Source: Candidatus Doudnabacteria bacterium (lineage in GTDB: Bacteria; Patescibacteriota; Doudnabacteria; UBA920). From it: a DNA stretch of 64,000 nt. Under the pieces are notes generated by a model. The model was not told where the DNA came from. It made no database searches and saw nothing but the letters and a program-made list of their open reading frames with translations. Made by a program: the position numbers and the translations under genes. This document shows positions 1 to 9,789 of this stretch, piece after piece. Location of the stretch: contig CAWINB010000004.1 in assembly GCA_963837465.1 (NCBI GenBank), forward strand, positions 522,853 through 586,852, read 5' to 3'. Every line of letters starts with the position of its first letter. The first letter of the stretch is position 1.

Positions 1-444
1 GGATGGTTTAGCTATAAATTTTCCGGTTATTTTCAAAAAGTTATTGCCATTGAGCCTTCGGCTAAGGCCGTGGAAATATGCAAAGAATTGTACCCGCCGC
101 AAAAATACCAAAATATTGAGTGGAGACAGGGTTTTGCGGAAAATGTTTTATCAGGCCTTAAGCTAAATACCCCGGCCTTATTTTTTACCGGGGTAGTTTT
201 AAGCCATTTAAGGGACAAAGAAGTAATAAAAATTTGCGCAGCTGTTAACAGCCTGGCTTTGCCCGGGTCGATTTTAGATTTTAGCGAATGCTGGGGGCAG
301 GAGTCACACCAAATAATGTGGCATGTAAGGACTAAAGAGTGGTGGCAAAGCCAGCTTCCGGGCTGGGAACTGGATTTTCACGGGCCAATAATCCAGGATA
401 CTCCCGGCAGGCACAAAGGTTTTTTTGGTGTAAAAGTTAAATAA
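1..444 (+). CDS. Putative SAM-dependent methyltransferase, 5'-truncated by window edge
   Basis: Frame 1 is open from nt 1 (GWFSYKFSGYFQKVIAIEPSAKAVEI...) and continuous with ORF 70..444. VIAIEPS and LFFTGVVLSHL resemble class I methyltransferase motifs. First gene of a glycan-modification cluster. Confidence 0.4.
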   Translation, partial: GWFSYKFSGYFQKVIAIEPSAKAVEICKELYPPQKYQNIEWRQGFAENVLSGLKLNTPALFFTGVVLSHLRDKEVIKICAAVNSLALPGSILDFSECWGQESHQIMWHVRTKEWWQSQLPGWELDFHGPIIQDTPGRHKGFFGVKVK

Positions 445-446
445 CA

Positions 447-1355
447 ATGCTGAATATTTATACAGAAAATTTTTATATTGGCCCCAGGCTAAAAAATTTG
501 GTGAAGAAAGTTTTGGGAAAAAGCCAGCGGGGACCGGAAGCGGTTTTTTTGAGTTTGCAGAGAGGCTTTCATCAGTTGGCAGAGAAATACGAAGTCAACG
601 CCCCCTTGGCCGAGCATGTAAAATCCGCCGGTGTTTTAAGCGGGGTAATGACACTGCGCTGGGTCATAAAGCAAAAACAGGCCGGGGAAATAAAAAAAAT
701 TATTGCCGGGCCAAACTTAGTGGTTACACCCAAGGATTCCCAAGGTGTTTTGCTTAACCCGTCTATAGATACTGTAATTGTGCCTTGCCAGTGGGTTAAA
801 GATTTCTATATTAAGGTGGCTCCACAGCTGGCGCCTAAAATCCAAATATGGCCCGGCGGCGTGGAAGTTAAAGAGTTGACTAAAGACGACAAAATTTTTG
901 ACTTTCTTGTTTTTAATAAGCTGGGCCAGAAAGCGGGTTTGGCAAGTAAAATTATTGGACATTTAGAGCAGCAAGGGTACAAGCTTAAAATTTTGACCTA
1001 CGGTTCTTTTAAGCAGCAAGATTATTTTAATAGTTTAAATAAGAGCAAGAATTTAATCTATCTTTCGGTTAGTGAAAGCCAGGGCCTGGCCATGTTTGAA
1101 GCCTGGGCCAGGGGAGTGCCGACTTTGCTATGGGACAAAGGTTTTTTTGAACTGGGTGGGGTTTTAGTACAGGGTTTTACCTCCAGCCCTTACTTGGCGC
1201 CTCAGGCCGGAGAAAGGTTTAAGGATTTTGACGATTTTATTTTAACCCTGCCAAAATTTTTAAATTCCAGCTATGCGTCGCGCGAGTACGTATTAAATAA
1301 TTTTTCCGATAAAATTTGCGCCCAAAAATATTTAGATATCTTTTATGAAGCATAA
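447..1355 (+). CDS. Glycosyltransferase, GT-B fold (GT4-like)
   Basis: 302 aa. C-terminal LSVSESQGLAMFEAWARGVPTL resembles the GT4 nucleotide-sugar binding region. Packed tightly against flanking genes. Confidence 0.5.
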   Translation: MLNIYTENFYIGPRLKNLVKKVLGKSQRGPEAVFLSLQRGFHQLAEKYEVNAPLAEHVKSAGVLSGVMTLRWVIKQKQAGEIKKIIAGPNLVVTPKDSQGVLLNPSIDTVIVPCQWVKDFYIKVAPQLAPKIQIWPGGVEVKELTKDDKIFDFLVFNKLGQKAGLASKIIGHLEQQGYKLKILTYGSFKQQDYFNSLNKSKNLIYLSVSESQGLAMFEAWARGVPTLLWDKGFFELGGVLVQGFTSSPYLAPQAGERFKDFDDFILTLPKFLNSSYASREYVLNNFSDKICAQKYLDIFYEA

Positions 1356-2079
1356 AATTTCAAAAGCTTTAAGCTTGGCTAAGTCGTTGCTCGGGGGGCT
1401 GGTTTGGTATCCGAGGGATTATTTTTTTTATAAGCGCCTGCAAAAAAATGCCGGGTTTAACGGACCGTTTTATTTTATGCCGCGCATTCTGGACAAGAAT
1501 CCCGCATCGCACACCTTTGACAAGCATTACGTTTACATGGACAGATGGGCACTCAAACACTTACTCAATGTCCGGCCGGAAGGCCATGTTGACGTGGGTT
1601 CTTCCATAAGGTTTTTGTCCATGGCCAGTGCAGTTGCAAAATTAAAATTTGTTGACATTCGGCCTGTGCAAACGGATTTTGACAACTTTGAATGCATAGA
1701 AGGCAGTATTTTAAAAATGCCGTTTGCGGACGACTCCGTAAAATCTTTGTCCTGCCTGCATGTGGCCGAGCATATTGGCTTGGGGCGTTATGGCGACCCG
1801 TTGGACCCCGAAGGGACAAAAAAAGCCTGTTTGGAGCTTAAACGGATATTGGCCCCGGGCGGAAAGTTATATTTTGCTTTGCCAATAGGAAAAAGTGCTA
1901 TTTATTTTAACGCCCACCGAGTGCACAACCCAAAAACAATTTTGGAATATTTTTCGGGATTAAAGTTGCTGAATTTTTCGGCAGTGAACGATGCCGGCAG
2001 GTTTGTTGCCGGGACAAATATTGGTGATTATGATAATGCCAGTTATTCCTGCGGGATGTTTGAATTCACAAAATTATAA
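1345..2079 (+). CDS. Class I SAM-dependent methyltransferase
   Basis: 244 aa. VDVGSS, LKMPFADDSVKSLSCLHVAEHI and LKRILAPGGKLYFALP match Methyltransf_11-type motifs. Confidence 0.6.
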   Translation: MKHKISKALSLAKSLLGGLVWYPRDYFFYKRLQKNAGFNGPFYFMPRILDKNPASHTFDKHYVYMDRWALKHLLNVRPEGHVDVGSSIRFLSMASAVAKLKFVDIRPVQTDFDNFECIEGSILKMPFADDSVKSLSCLHVAEHIGLGRYGDPLDPEGTKKACLELKRILAPGGKLYFALPIGKSAIYFNAHRVHNPKTILEYFSGLKLLNFSAVNDAGRFVAGTNIGDYDNASYSCGMFEFTKL

Positions 2080-2105
2080 AGCGCATTTGGCAACAGACCC
2101 AAACA

Positions 2106-3320
2106 ATGTCCATTACGGAAAAAATTTATCAGCACTTTAAGCGCAAGACCAACAGCACCAGTTTTATCCCCCAGATTGATGGTTTAAGGTTTTTAGCCAT
2201 AATGATGGTCGTGCTGTACCATATCAATATTTTTGTCACGGTCAAAGTGCCGTTTGCTTTTACACGGCCGCCGGGGGATTATTGGCAGATGTTCAATTTA
2301 CTAAACTCAGACCGCAAGGGAGTATTCCTGTTTTTTGTAATCAGCGGCTTTATTTTGGCGCTGCCTTTTGCCCGCGCGGCCAGGGGCGAAGGTAAACCGG
2401 TGGAACTGAAGCACTATTACTTAAGGCGCTTAACACGTTTGGAGCCGCCCTATATTTTAGTTATGGTGGCCTGCTTTTTTGGTATTTTATTTCTTAAAGG
2501 TCATGAGTTTGCCGCTTCGTTCCCGCATACTTTTTTAGGCTTGCTGCCGCGCCTGGCCGCGTCGCTTATTTATATGCACAACATTATTTTTCCGCAATAC
2601 CTTTCTTTAAATCCAGTGGCATGGTCTTTGGAAATTGAAGTCCAGTTTTATCTGCTGGTGCCGCTGTTGGTTAAGGTTTTTAAATTGCCGCAAATTAGCC
2701 GCCGGGTACTGCTGGTTGCCGCCGCCGCGATGTTTATTTTTTTACAGCACCTGCTGCATCCCACCGTGGATACTCTGTTCAGTTACATCCAATATTTCCT
2801 TGCCGGATTTTTGCTGGTGGATTTATATTTGTCCGGGGTTAAATTTAAGCTTCCCGCCGCGGTCAGTTTAGCCTTTGGTCTGCTGTGCCTAGTGTTTATC
2901 GGCTACGCGAACCTGAGGCCGCACAATTATCTGGAATATATTTTCCCGGCTGTTGTTTTGTCTTTTTACCTGCTGGTTTTAACCGACAATATATGGAAGA
3001 AAGTATTCAGCCTGCGCCTCCTAACCGCTGTTGGCGGGATGTGCTATTCTATATATCTTTTACACTATAATATTATTCCCCTGGTCGGCAACATTACCAT
3101 TGCTTATAACGTCTCGCGTTTTTATCCGCTTGATTATCTGTGGCAGACTGTAATTTTATTGCCGATTATTCTCCTGGTTTCTTCGGTGTTTTACCTGCTG
3201 ATTGAGCGTCCCTGTATGGACAAGGATTGGCCGATAAAACTTTGGGGTTGGGTTTCCGGCCATTTGCCGCCGCGAAAGACAAATAACACGCAACCGTTCC
3301 CGACAGCTGTAATTAAATAA
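2106..3320 (+). CDS. Acyltransferase family 3 membrane O-acyltransferase
   Basis: 404 aa, multi-TM. N-terminal FIPQIDGLRFLAIMMVVLYH is the acyltransferase_3 signature. Confidence 0.85.
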   Translation: MSITEKIYQHFKRKTNSTSFIPQIDGLRFLAIMMVVLYHINIFVTVKVPFAFTRPPGDYWQMFNLLNSDRKGVFLFFVISGFILALPFARAARGEGKPVELKHYYLRRLTRLEPPYILVMVACFFGILFLKGHEFAASFPHTFLGLLPRLAASLIYMHNIIFPQYLSLNPVAWSLEIEVQFYLLVPLLVKVFKLPQISRRVLLVAAAAMFIFLQHLLHPTVDTLFSYIQYFLAGFLLVDLYLSGVKFKLPAAVSLAFGLLCLVFIGYANLRPHNYLEYIFPAVVLSFYLLVLTDNIWKKVFSLRLLTAVGGMCYSIYLLHYNIIPLVGNITIAYNVSRFYPLDYLWQTVILLPIILLVSSVFYLLIERPCMDKDWPIKLWGWVSGHLPPRKTNNTQPFPTAVIK

Positions 3321-3326
3321 AGCCAT

Positions 3327-4127
3327 ATGGACCCGAAAATTTCCATAATAATGCCGACCTATAACAACGCCGCCTTTTTGCCCGCGGCTCTGGAAAGCGT
3401 CTTAAGGCAAAGTTTCGGCGACTGGGAGCTTTTGGTTATCAATGACGCTTCTTCCGATAACACCGACGATATTTTGGAAATTTTTAAAAATAAAGACAGA
3501 CGAATTTTTGTCTGGAACAACCAAGCCAACAGGGGATTGACCAGGAATTTAAATTTTGCGCTGGGTAAAGCCAAAGGCCAATACATTGCCCGCTTGGACA
3601 GCGATGATATTTGGTCGGATAACCGCAAACTGCAAAAACAGGCCGATTTTTTAAATCACAATCCCGGTTGTTGTCTGGTGGGATCGTGGGCCGAAGCCTT
3701 CGGGGCCGATAATAAAAAATCCTTTGCCATAAAGTACCCGACTGCCGACAGGGAGATTCGCGGGCAGTTATTACTGCGCAACTGTTTTGTCCATAGCAGT
3801 ATCCTGGCCCGTAAGGCAAGCCTTTTAGCCGCGGGGGGGTATGATTTAAAATGGCAGTATATCGAGGATTACGCTTTATGGATGAAATTGGGCCTCAGCG
3901 GAAGCCTTGCCAATCTGCCGGAAATTATGGTACGCTATCGCCTGAACAACGTTGGCATAACCAGGACAAAAAACAGCGGGCAAATCAGAAATGTTTTGTC
4001 TTTAATCAAACAATATGGCAGCAGCTATCCCGGCTATAAAATGTCGGTGTGCAAGTGGTATTTACAGTATGCTTTAAGTTTTACAGGTTTGATGAAAGGG
4101 TTGGATTTTTTAAAACATAAAATCTAA
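3327..4127 (+). CDS. Family 2 glycosyltransferase
   Basis: N-terminal ISIIMPTYNNAAFLPAALESVLRQSFGDWELLVINDASSDNT is a classic GT2 (GT-A) motif with the DxD region. Confidence 0.85.
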   Translation: MDPKISIIMPTYNNAAFLPAALESVLRQSFGDWELLVINDASSDNTDDILEIFKNKDRRIFVWNNQANRGLTRNLNFALGKAKGQYIARLDSDDIWSDNRKLQKQADFLNHNPGCCLVGSWAEAFGADNKKSFAIKYPTADREIRGQLLLRNCFVHSSILARKASLLAAGGYDLKWQYIEDYALWMKLGLSGSLANLPEIMVRYRLNNVGITRTKNSGQIRNVLSLIKQYGSSYPGYKMSVCKWYLQYALSFTGLMKGLDFLKHKI

Positions 4128-4129
4128 AA

Positions 4130-5443
4130 TTGATGCAGGGCAGCAAAGGACTTGTAAAATTTTGGCTTTTAACGGTGCCGGTAACGGTTCTGTTTTATGT
4201 TGCTTTGTGGCTGACTATTGTCTTCCGTTACCAGGACACTTTGGGCCACGCCACCATAGCCGAATTAGTCAGGACGTTCAGCTTTATTTTTTTGCTTTGG
4301 CTGGTTGTGTTTTTTATCCACGGGCTGTTTGAAATAGGGATATTCCGCCGCTACACTTCCCTGGTGTTCGGCTTAATCTCGGCCATGGCCGTCAACACCC
4401 TTATTGCCGTTATTTATTTTTATTTCCAGCCCAACCTTATACTTACCCCGCGCCGTTTTTTGCTGACCGATGTTGTTATTACCCTTTGTCTGACTTTTTT
4501 TTGGTATTTGCTGATGAAATATTTTTTTAAGAGCAAGCTGGTACAGGGAGTTTACATTTTTTCCTTTGGCAATGAGTTGGAGGAACTGGAACGGGAGATA
4601 GCGGCCCACAGCTACCTTGGTTATAAAGTTTTGGGTAAAATTTCGGAAACTTCGCTGGCTTCGGCGAAAATTGAAAAAAATTCCATTATTATTCTGCCCG
4701 ACAACCTCAATTCCACTCCGCAAATCAGCGAACAGTTGTATAAGCTCAGGACGCAGGGAGTAATGTTTTACAACCACAAAGATTTTTATGAAAATTTGCT
4801 GCGGCGGATTTATCTTTCGGACTTAAACGAGTTATGGTTTCTGGAAAATATCGATTACCAGGAGAAGCGCCTGTATAATATGGGCAAAAGATTCGTGGAT
4901 GTTATTTTGGGCCTTATCGGGATATTTTTTTTCCTGGTCAGTTACCCGTTTTGCGCCCTGGCTATAAAACTTAACGGCAAAGGGCCGGTCTTATTCGTCC
5001 AGGAGCGGACGGGCAAGCGGGGAAAATTGTTTAAAGTCTACAAATACCGGACTATGGACAGGTCGGATTATAAAGATGGCACATCGGTCCAGGACCAGCG
5101 CATTACCAAAGTCGGCAAATTTTTACGCAAAAGCCGGATAGACGAATGGCCGCAATTTATAAATTTGATTTTGGGGCATATTAGCCTGGTAGGTCCCAGG
5201 CCCGAAAGACCCCACATTGTGGAAGTGCTGCAAAGCCAGATTCCTTTTTACGATGAACGCCATTTGGTTAAGCCCGGAATTACCGGCTGGGGCCAGGTTA
5301 ATAATATTTACGCCACCACCACGGAAGAATCGCGCGCCAAACTTCAGTACGACCTCTACTATGTCAAACACCGCGGCTTTTTATTTGATCTGGAAATCAT
5401 CCTAAAAACCGTTTACTATATCTTTACCTGGCAGGGGAGGTAA
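4130..5443 (+). CDS. Polyprenyl-phosphate sugar phosphotransferase (bacterial sugar transferase, WbaP/CpsE-like)
   Basis: 437 aa. N-terminal TM helices. C-terminal VLFVQERTGKRGKLFKVYKYRTM and DEWPQFINLILGHISLVGPRPERP are PF02397-type motifs. Confidence 0.85.
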   Translation: MMQGSKGLVKFWLLTVPVTVLFYVALWLTIVFRYQDTLGHATIAELVRTFSFIFLLWLVVFFIHGLFEIGIFRRYTSLVFGLISAMAVNTLIAVIYFYFQPNLILTPRRFLLTDVVITLCLTFFWYLLMKYFFKSKLVQGVYIFSFGNELEELEREIAAHSYLGYKVLGKISETSLASAKIEKNSIIILPDNLNSTPQISEQLYKLRTQGVMFYNHKDFYENLLRRIYLSDLNELWFLENIDYQEKRLYNMGKRFVDVILGLIGIFFFLVSYPFCALAIKLNGKGPVLFVQERTGKRGKLFKVYKYRTMDRSDYKDGTSVQDQRITKVGKFLRKSRIDEWPQFINLILGHISLVGPRPERPHIVEVLQSQIPFYDERHLVKPGITGWGQVNNIYATTTEESRAKLQYDLYYVKHRGFLFDLEIILKTVYYIFTWQGR

Positions 5444-5469
5444 AACACGACCATAATTAGTTTTAAAGA

Positions 5470-5500
5470 AAGGCGGCCAATTTGGCCGCCTTTCGGCATT
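5470..5500 (+). terminator. Rho-independent terminator after glycan cluster
   Basis: GGCGGCCAA-TTT-GGCCGCC hairpin followed by TTTCGGCATTTTC, directly after the sugar transferase stop. Confidence 0.6.
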
Positions 5501-5507
5501 TTCTATT

Positions 5508-5535
5508 TTGATTTTTTGGGATTTAATGGTATAAT
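5508..5535 (+). promoter_or_regulatory. Sigma70-like promoter for pilB operon
   Basis: TTGATT (5508-5513), 16-bp spacer, extended -10 TGgTATAAT (5527-5535), about 45 bp upstream of pilB ATG. Confidence 0.5.
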
Positions 5536-5580
5536 CACTACAAAGTTCCGGTCTTTTGAAATAAAAATAAATTTTTTTAA

Positions 5581-7341
5581 ATGGACAAACAACAGCTAAA
5601 TTCAGCTCTGAAGGAAAAAAAGATTTTAGGCGAAGACAAGCTTAAAGTTTTGGAAAAGGAAGCCGCGCAGCTTAAAACCCCTGAGCCCTGGGAAGATTTT
5701 CTTCTGGAAAAAAAAGTTTTAAACCAAGCTGAGCTTTTAAGCCTGAAATCAGAACTTTTAAAAACCCCGATTATTGACTTAACAGCCCAGCAAATTTCCC
5801 AGGATGTCTTAAACCTGGTGCCGGAACCCATTGCCCATCGCCACCAGGTCATCAGCTTTGCCAAAAACAAAGACGAGCTGGCTTTGGCCATGACCGACCC
5901 CGAGGATATCCAGACCAAGGAATTCATTCAAAAAAAGACGGGTTTAAAAATCAAGACTTTTTTAATCGGCCGCGCCAGCCTGGATTTTGGCCTGTCCAAA
6001 TATCATTTGAGCCTGGAAAAAGAAATTAAGCACCTGGTTGCTCCCGGCGCCCAGCCGATTACGGATTCGGCCAAGGCCGAGGGGCAAAGCGCTTTTGACG
6101 ACGGCTTAAAAAAAATGGCCGAAGAAATCCCCGTCATCCGCGTGGTTGATACGCTGCTGGAGTACGCCGTGTTTGAAAAGGCCAGCGACATCCATATTGA
6201 GCCGCAGGAAAATTCCGTGGTCGTGCGTTACCGCATTGACGGCGTGCTCCATGACGTTATGACCCTGCCTAAAGTTATTCAGGCCGCGCTGGTGGCGCGC
6301 ATTAAGGTATTGACCAACTTAAAAATAGACGAGCACCGGCTGCCCCAGGACGGCAGGTTTAAAATCGACAAAGATTCCGTAAAGTTTTCCCTGCGCGTTT
6401 CCACCATCCCTATTTTTGACGGCGAAAAAGTGGTTATCCGTTTATTGGACGAGTCGGCCAAAGCACAGACTCTGGAAGATTTGGGTTTTGAAAAAAGCGC
6501 GCTGGACGCCATTAGCCGCAACATCAAAAAACCCCACGGCATGCTTTTGGTAACCGGCCCCACCGGCAGCGGAAAGTCCACGACCCTTTACACTATTTTG
6601 TCCCTGCTCAACACCAAATCCGTCAACATTTCCACCATTGAAGACCCGGTGGAGTACCGTATTGTCGGCACCAACCAGATGCAGGTTAGTCCCAAAATCG
6701 GCCTGACGTTTGACGTTGGCCTGCGCGCCCTGCTGCGGCAGGATCCCAACATTATTATGATAGGTGAAATCCGCGACCGGGAAACCGCGGAAGAAGCCGT
6801 GCACGCGGCCATGACCGGCCACGTGGTGTTTTCCACCCTGCACACCAACTCCGCGGCCTCGGCATTGCCCAGGCTTTTGGATATAGGCGTGGAGCCCTAC
6901 CTTATAGCTTCCACCATTAACGCAGTGCTGGCCCAAAGGCTGGTGCGCGCCATTTGTAAAGATTGCCAGGCGCCCATAAAGCTGGATGACGCCGCGGTGG
7001 AAACTTTGTCCGGGCAGTTCCATATGGACAAACTCATGGCGACTTTGTCCAAGCTCGGCCTGGCGGCCTCCAAAACCAAAACCATCGGCGAACTTAAATT
7101 TTACAAAGGCCAGGGTTGCGACAAATGCGGGCACACCGGCTACAAGGGCCGCTCGGGCATCCACGAAATTCTGGAAATGACCCCGGAGGTTTCCGAAATG
7201 ATTATGGAGCATAAAAGCGCCCAGGACATCCAGGACATGGCCGAAAAACAGGGCATGCTGCTAATGTGGGAGGATGGCTTTATCAAGGCGCTTAAGGGGA
7301 TAACGACGATAGACGAGATAGTCAGAGTAAGTAAAGAGTAA
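5581..7341 (+). CDS. pilB: Type IV pilus assembly ATPase PilB (GspE family)
   Basis: 586 aa. T2SS_N-like N-terminus, Walker A GPTGSGKSTT, IGEIRD region, Cys-x2-Cys ... Cys-x2-Cys zinc motif (CKDC...CDKC). Confidence 0.9.
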   Translation: MDKQQLNSALKEKKILGEDKLKVLEKEAAQLKTPEPWEDFLLEKKVLNQAELLSLKSELLKTPIIDLTAQQISQDVLNLVPEPIAHRHQVISFAKNKDELALAMTDPEDIQTKEFIQKKTGLKIKTFLIGRASLDFGLSKYHLSLEKEIKHLVAPGAQPITDSAKAEGQSAFDDGLKKMAEEIPVIRVVDTLLEYAVFEKASDIHIEPQENSVVVRYRIDGVLHDVMTLPKVIQAALVARIKVLTNLKIDEHRLPQDGRFKIDKDSVKFSLRVSTIPIFDGEKVVIRLLDESAKAQTLEDLGFEKSALDAISRNIKKPHGMLLVTGPTGSGKSTTLYTILSLLNTKSVNISTIEDPVEYRIVGTNQMQVSPKIGLTFDVGLRALLRQDPNIIMIGEIRDRETAEEAVHAAMTGHVVFSTLHTNSAASALPRLLDIGVEPYLIASTINAVLAQRLVRAICKDCQAPIKLDDAAVETLSGQFHMDKLMATLSKLGLAASKTKTIGELKFYKGQGCDKCGHTGYKGRSGIHEILEMTPEVSEMIMEHKSAQDIQDMAEKQGMLLMWEDGFIKALKGITTIDEIVRVSKE

Positions 7342-7505
7342 TGACAAAAATGAGCAAAAATAATAAAAATTAAAAAAATAACAAACCGTGTTTATCTAAT
7401 AGTTTTATCCCTGACCCTAGACGACGAGGATCCCGCAACTTTCTTCGATACGGCATTAATGCTATTTTTGTCAATTTTGTCATTTTTTTAATTTTTGTCA
7501 TTTAG
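7341..7505. repeat. MITE-like inverted-repeat element between pilB and pilC
   Basis: AT-rich arms 7341-7385 (ATGACAAAAATGAGCAAAAATAATAAAAATT...) and 7463-7505 (TTTGTCA x3; reverse complement of the left arm) flank a 77-bp GC-richer core. Confidence 0.45.
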
Positions 7506-7508
7506 TCT

Positions 7509-8714
7509 ATGGAATTTTCCTACACAGCTTTAACCAAGGACGGGCACAGGGAATCGGCCACTATCCAGGCCGCCAGTTTAGCCGCGGCCGGCCACCTGCT
7601 TAAAGAACAGGGGCTGTTGCCGACAAAAATTACCGAACAAGCCAAAAAAGGCTCCATGGATTTTTTACAGTCGCTTGCCAGCATCTCCCTGGACGAGAAA
7701 ATCGGTTTTATTGAAAACCTCAGCGTCATGCTTAAAGCTGGTATTCCCATAAGCCGCTGCCTGCAAATTTTAGCCAAGCAGACAAAAAACCACAGGTTCC
7801 AGGTAATTTTGGGGGATGTTTACAGCCAGGTCCAGCAGGGCAAGGGGCTTTCCGAAGCCGTGGAAAAATACCCGCGGGTTTTTCCCAACATAATCGTCAG
7901 CATGATTAAAGTCGGGGAAATTTCCGGTAATTTGGATAAAAACCTGGAATATTTAAGCATCCAGCTGCATCGAGAGTCCGACTTAAAAAGCAAAGTCCGC
8001 GGTGCCATGATTTATCCTTCGGTTATTGTCGGCGCCATGGTCATAATTGGAGTTTTAATGTCTATTTTCGTGCTGCCAAACCTGACCTCCATTTTTGAGC
8101 AGCAGAGCGCGTCGCTCCCCCTAAGTACCCAAGTAGTCATAGCCTTTTCCAACTTTATGAGTCACCACGCGGTATTGGTTATCGGCGGCATGATAGCTCT
8201 TATTGCGGCGGCTATCGCCGCTTTGCGGACTTACGAAGGACAGCGCATTTTTGATATGTTGAGCCTCCGTATCATGGCGGTCAACACCGTGGTAAAGAAA
8301 GTCAACCTGGCGCGCTTTTCCAGAATTTTAAGCTCGCTTTTAAAAAGCGGCATTCCCATTGTCCAGGCCCTGGATGTGGCCGGCGAATCTTTGGGCAACA
8401 TCCCTTACCGCCTGCTGGTGCGGGAAACCGCGGCCCAGGTAAAGTTAGGCAAGCCGCTGGCCGACGTCCTGGGCAAAAATACCGACCTGTTCCCCCCGCT
8501 GGTCACGCAAATGATAGAAGTCGGCGAAGAAAGCGGCAGCGTGCAGGAAATTTTGGAGCAGCTGGCGGTGCATTATGAAGAAGAAGTTGACAATACCCTG
8601 AGGAATTTATCTTCCATAATTGAGCCCCTTCTGATTTTGGTGATTGGCGCGGTAGTCGGGCTTTTAGCCATATCCTTAATCACTCCTATTTACAGCATTT
8701 ATCAAAACCAATGA
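7509..8714 (+). CDS. pilC: Type IV pilus inner-membrane platform protein PilC (GspF family)
   Basis: 401 aa. Two T2SS-F-like repeats and 3 TM segments. Immediately follows pilB. Confidence 0.85.
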   Translation: MEFSYTALTKDGHRESATIQAASLAAAGHLLKEQGLLPTKITEQAKKGSMDFLQSLASISLDEKIGFIENLSVMLKAGIPISRCLQILAKQTKNHRFQVILGDVYSQVQQGKGLSEAVEKYPRVFPNIIVSMIKVGEISGNLDKNLEYLSIQLHRESDLKSKVRGAMIYPSVIVGAMVIIGVLMSIFVLPNLTSIFEQQSASLPLSTQVVIAFSNFMSHHAVLVIGGMIALIAAAIAALRTYEGQRIFDMLSLRIMAVNTVVKKVNLARFSRILSSLLKSGIPIVQALDVAGESLGNIPYRLLVRETAAQVKLGKPLADVLGKNTDLFPPLVTQMIEVGEESGSVQEILEQLAVHYEEEVDNTLRNLSSIIEPLLILVIGAVVGLLAISLITPIYSIYQNQ

Positions 8715-9781
8715 TTAAATTTTTATCCAACAGCGTAACTGCATTTGGCCTGGACTTAAGCGCCAGTTCCGTTAAGCTGATGCAGCTGGAAAAAAAAGAC
8801 AAGCGCCTGAGCCTGAAAGCCTATTCCAGCGCGCTTTTGCCCAAGGGTCTGGTTGTAAATGATATTATCGGAGACGCTAAAATTTTTTCGGCCCTGCTGA
8901 AACAAAGTTTGGATAAGCCCGATTTCGGCAAATTCACCACTGATTACGTAGTGGCAAGTCTGCCCGAATCCAAGTCTTTTGTGCGGGTTATCCAACTTCC
9001 CGCAATGAGTAGCGGGGAAGCCGAAAGCGCGGTGCCTTACGAAGCCGAAAGCTTTATTCCCATGCCGCTGGACCAGGTTTATCTTGACTGGCAAAAAATC
9101 GGTGAAACCGGCGATAAAATGAATATTCTGATAATAGCCTCGCCCAAGGATTTTGTTGACGGCTATCTGGAAGTTTTGGATAAATCAGGGCTCCGGTCGG
9201 CGGCTTTGGAGGTGGAGTCGCAAAGCTGCGTCAGGGCGGCGCTGCCTGCCGGAGAAGGCCTCCCGGAAGCGGTTTTGCTCGTAGATTTGGGTTCGGTGCA
9301 CAGCAGCCTGATTATGGTTGAAGACGGCAACTTGCAGTTTACGTCCACCATTCCCATAGCCGGCGGGACATTTACGGAAAGCTTGGCCAAGGCTTTGGGC
9401 ATCTCCAGCGCCAAGGCCGAAGAAATAAAGCGTAAAGTCGGCGTGGCCAACACCACGGAGTATCCAAATATCCAAATCGGCATGCTGCCTGTTTTAAATA
9501 ATCTTGAAGCGGAAATTAAAAACATCCTTAAGTTCCATTCCGAACACTCGGGGCGGCAGGTGCGGAGGATAGTGCTTACCGGCGGCAGCGCCAAGCTTAA
9601 AAATTTGCCGGATTTTTTACTGCCGCTGTTGCAGGAGGTCGGAATTGCCAAAGTGGAGCTAGCTAACCCCTGGCAGGTTTCGGGCCTGCAAAAAACAGCC
9701 GCTTTTAACGACGAAGACAGCCTGAATTTTGCCGCTGTAATGGGTTTGGCCATGCGCGGCGCCGACTATAAAATTATTTAA
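8711..9781 (+). CDS. pilM: Type IV pilus assembly protein PilM
   Basis: 356 aa actin-like fold. N-terminal FGLDLSASSVKLMQLEKK is typical of PilM. Start overlaps pilC stop. Confidence 0.8.
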   Translation: MIKFLSNSVTAFGLDLSASSVKLMQLEKKDKRLSLKAYSSALLPKGLVVNDIIGDAKIFSALLKQSLDKPDFGKFTTDYVVASLPESKSFVRVIQLPAMSSGEAESAVPYEAESFIPMPLDQVYLDWQKIGETGDKMNILIIASPKDFVDGYLEVLDKSGLRSAALEVESQSCVRAALPAGEGLPEAVLLVDLGSVHSSLIMVEDGNLQFTSTIPIAGGTFTESLAKALGISSAKAEEIKRKVGVANTTEYPNIQIGMLPVLNNLEAEIKNILKFHSEHSGRQVRRIVLTGGSAKLKNLPDFLLPLLQEVGIAKVELANPWQVSGLQKTAAFNDEDSLNFAAVMGLAMRGADYKII

Positions 9782-9789
9782 CAGGTTCC

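Noticed and set aside
2635-3070. Internal plus-strand ORFs 2635-2871 and 2885-3070 within the acyltransferase gene
   Set aside because: Alternative frames inside a confidently identified membrane protein gene.
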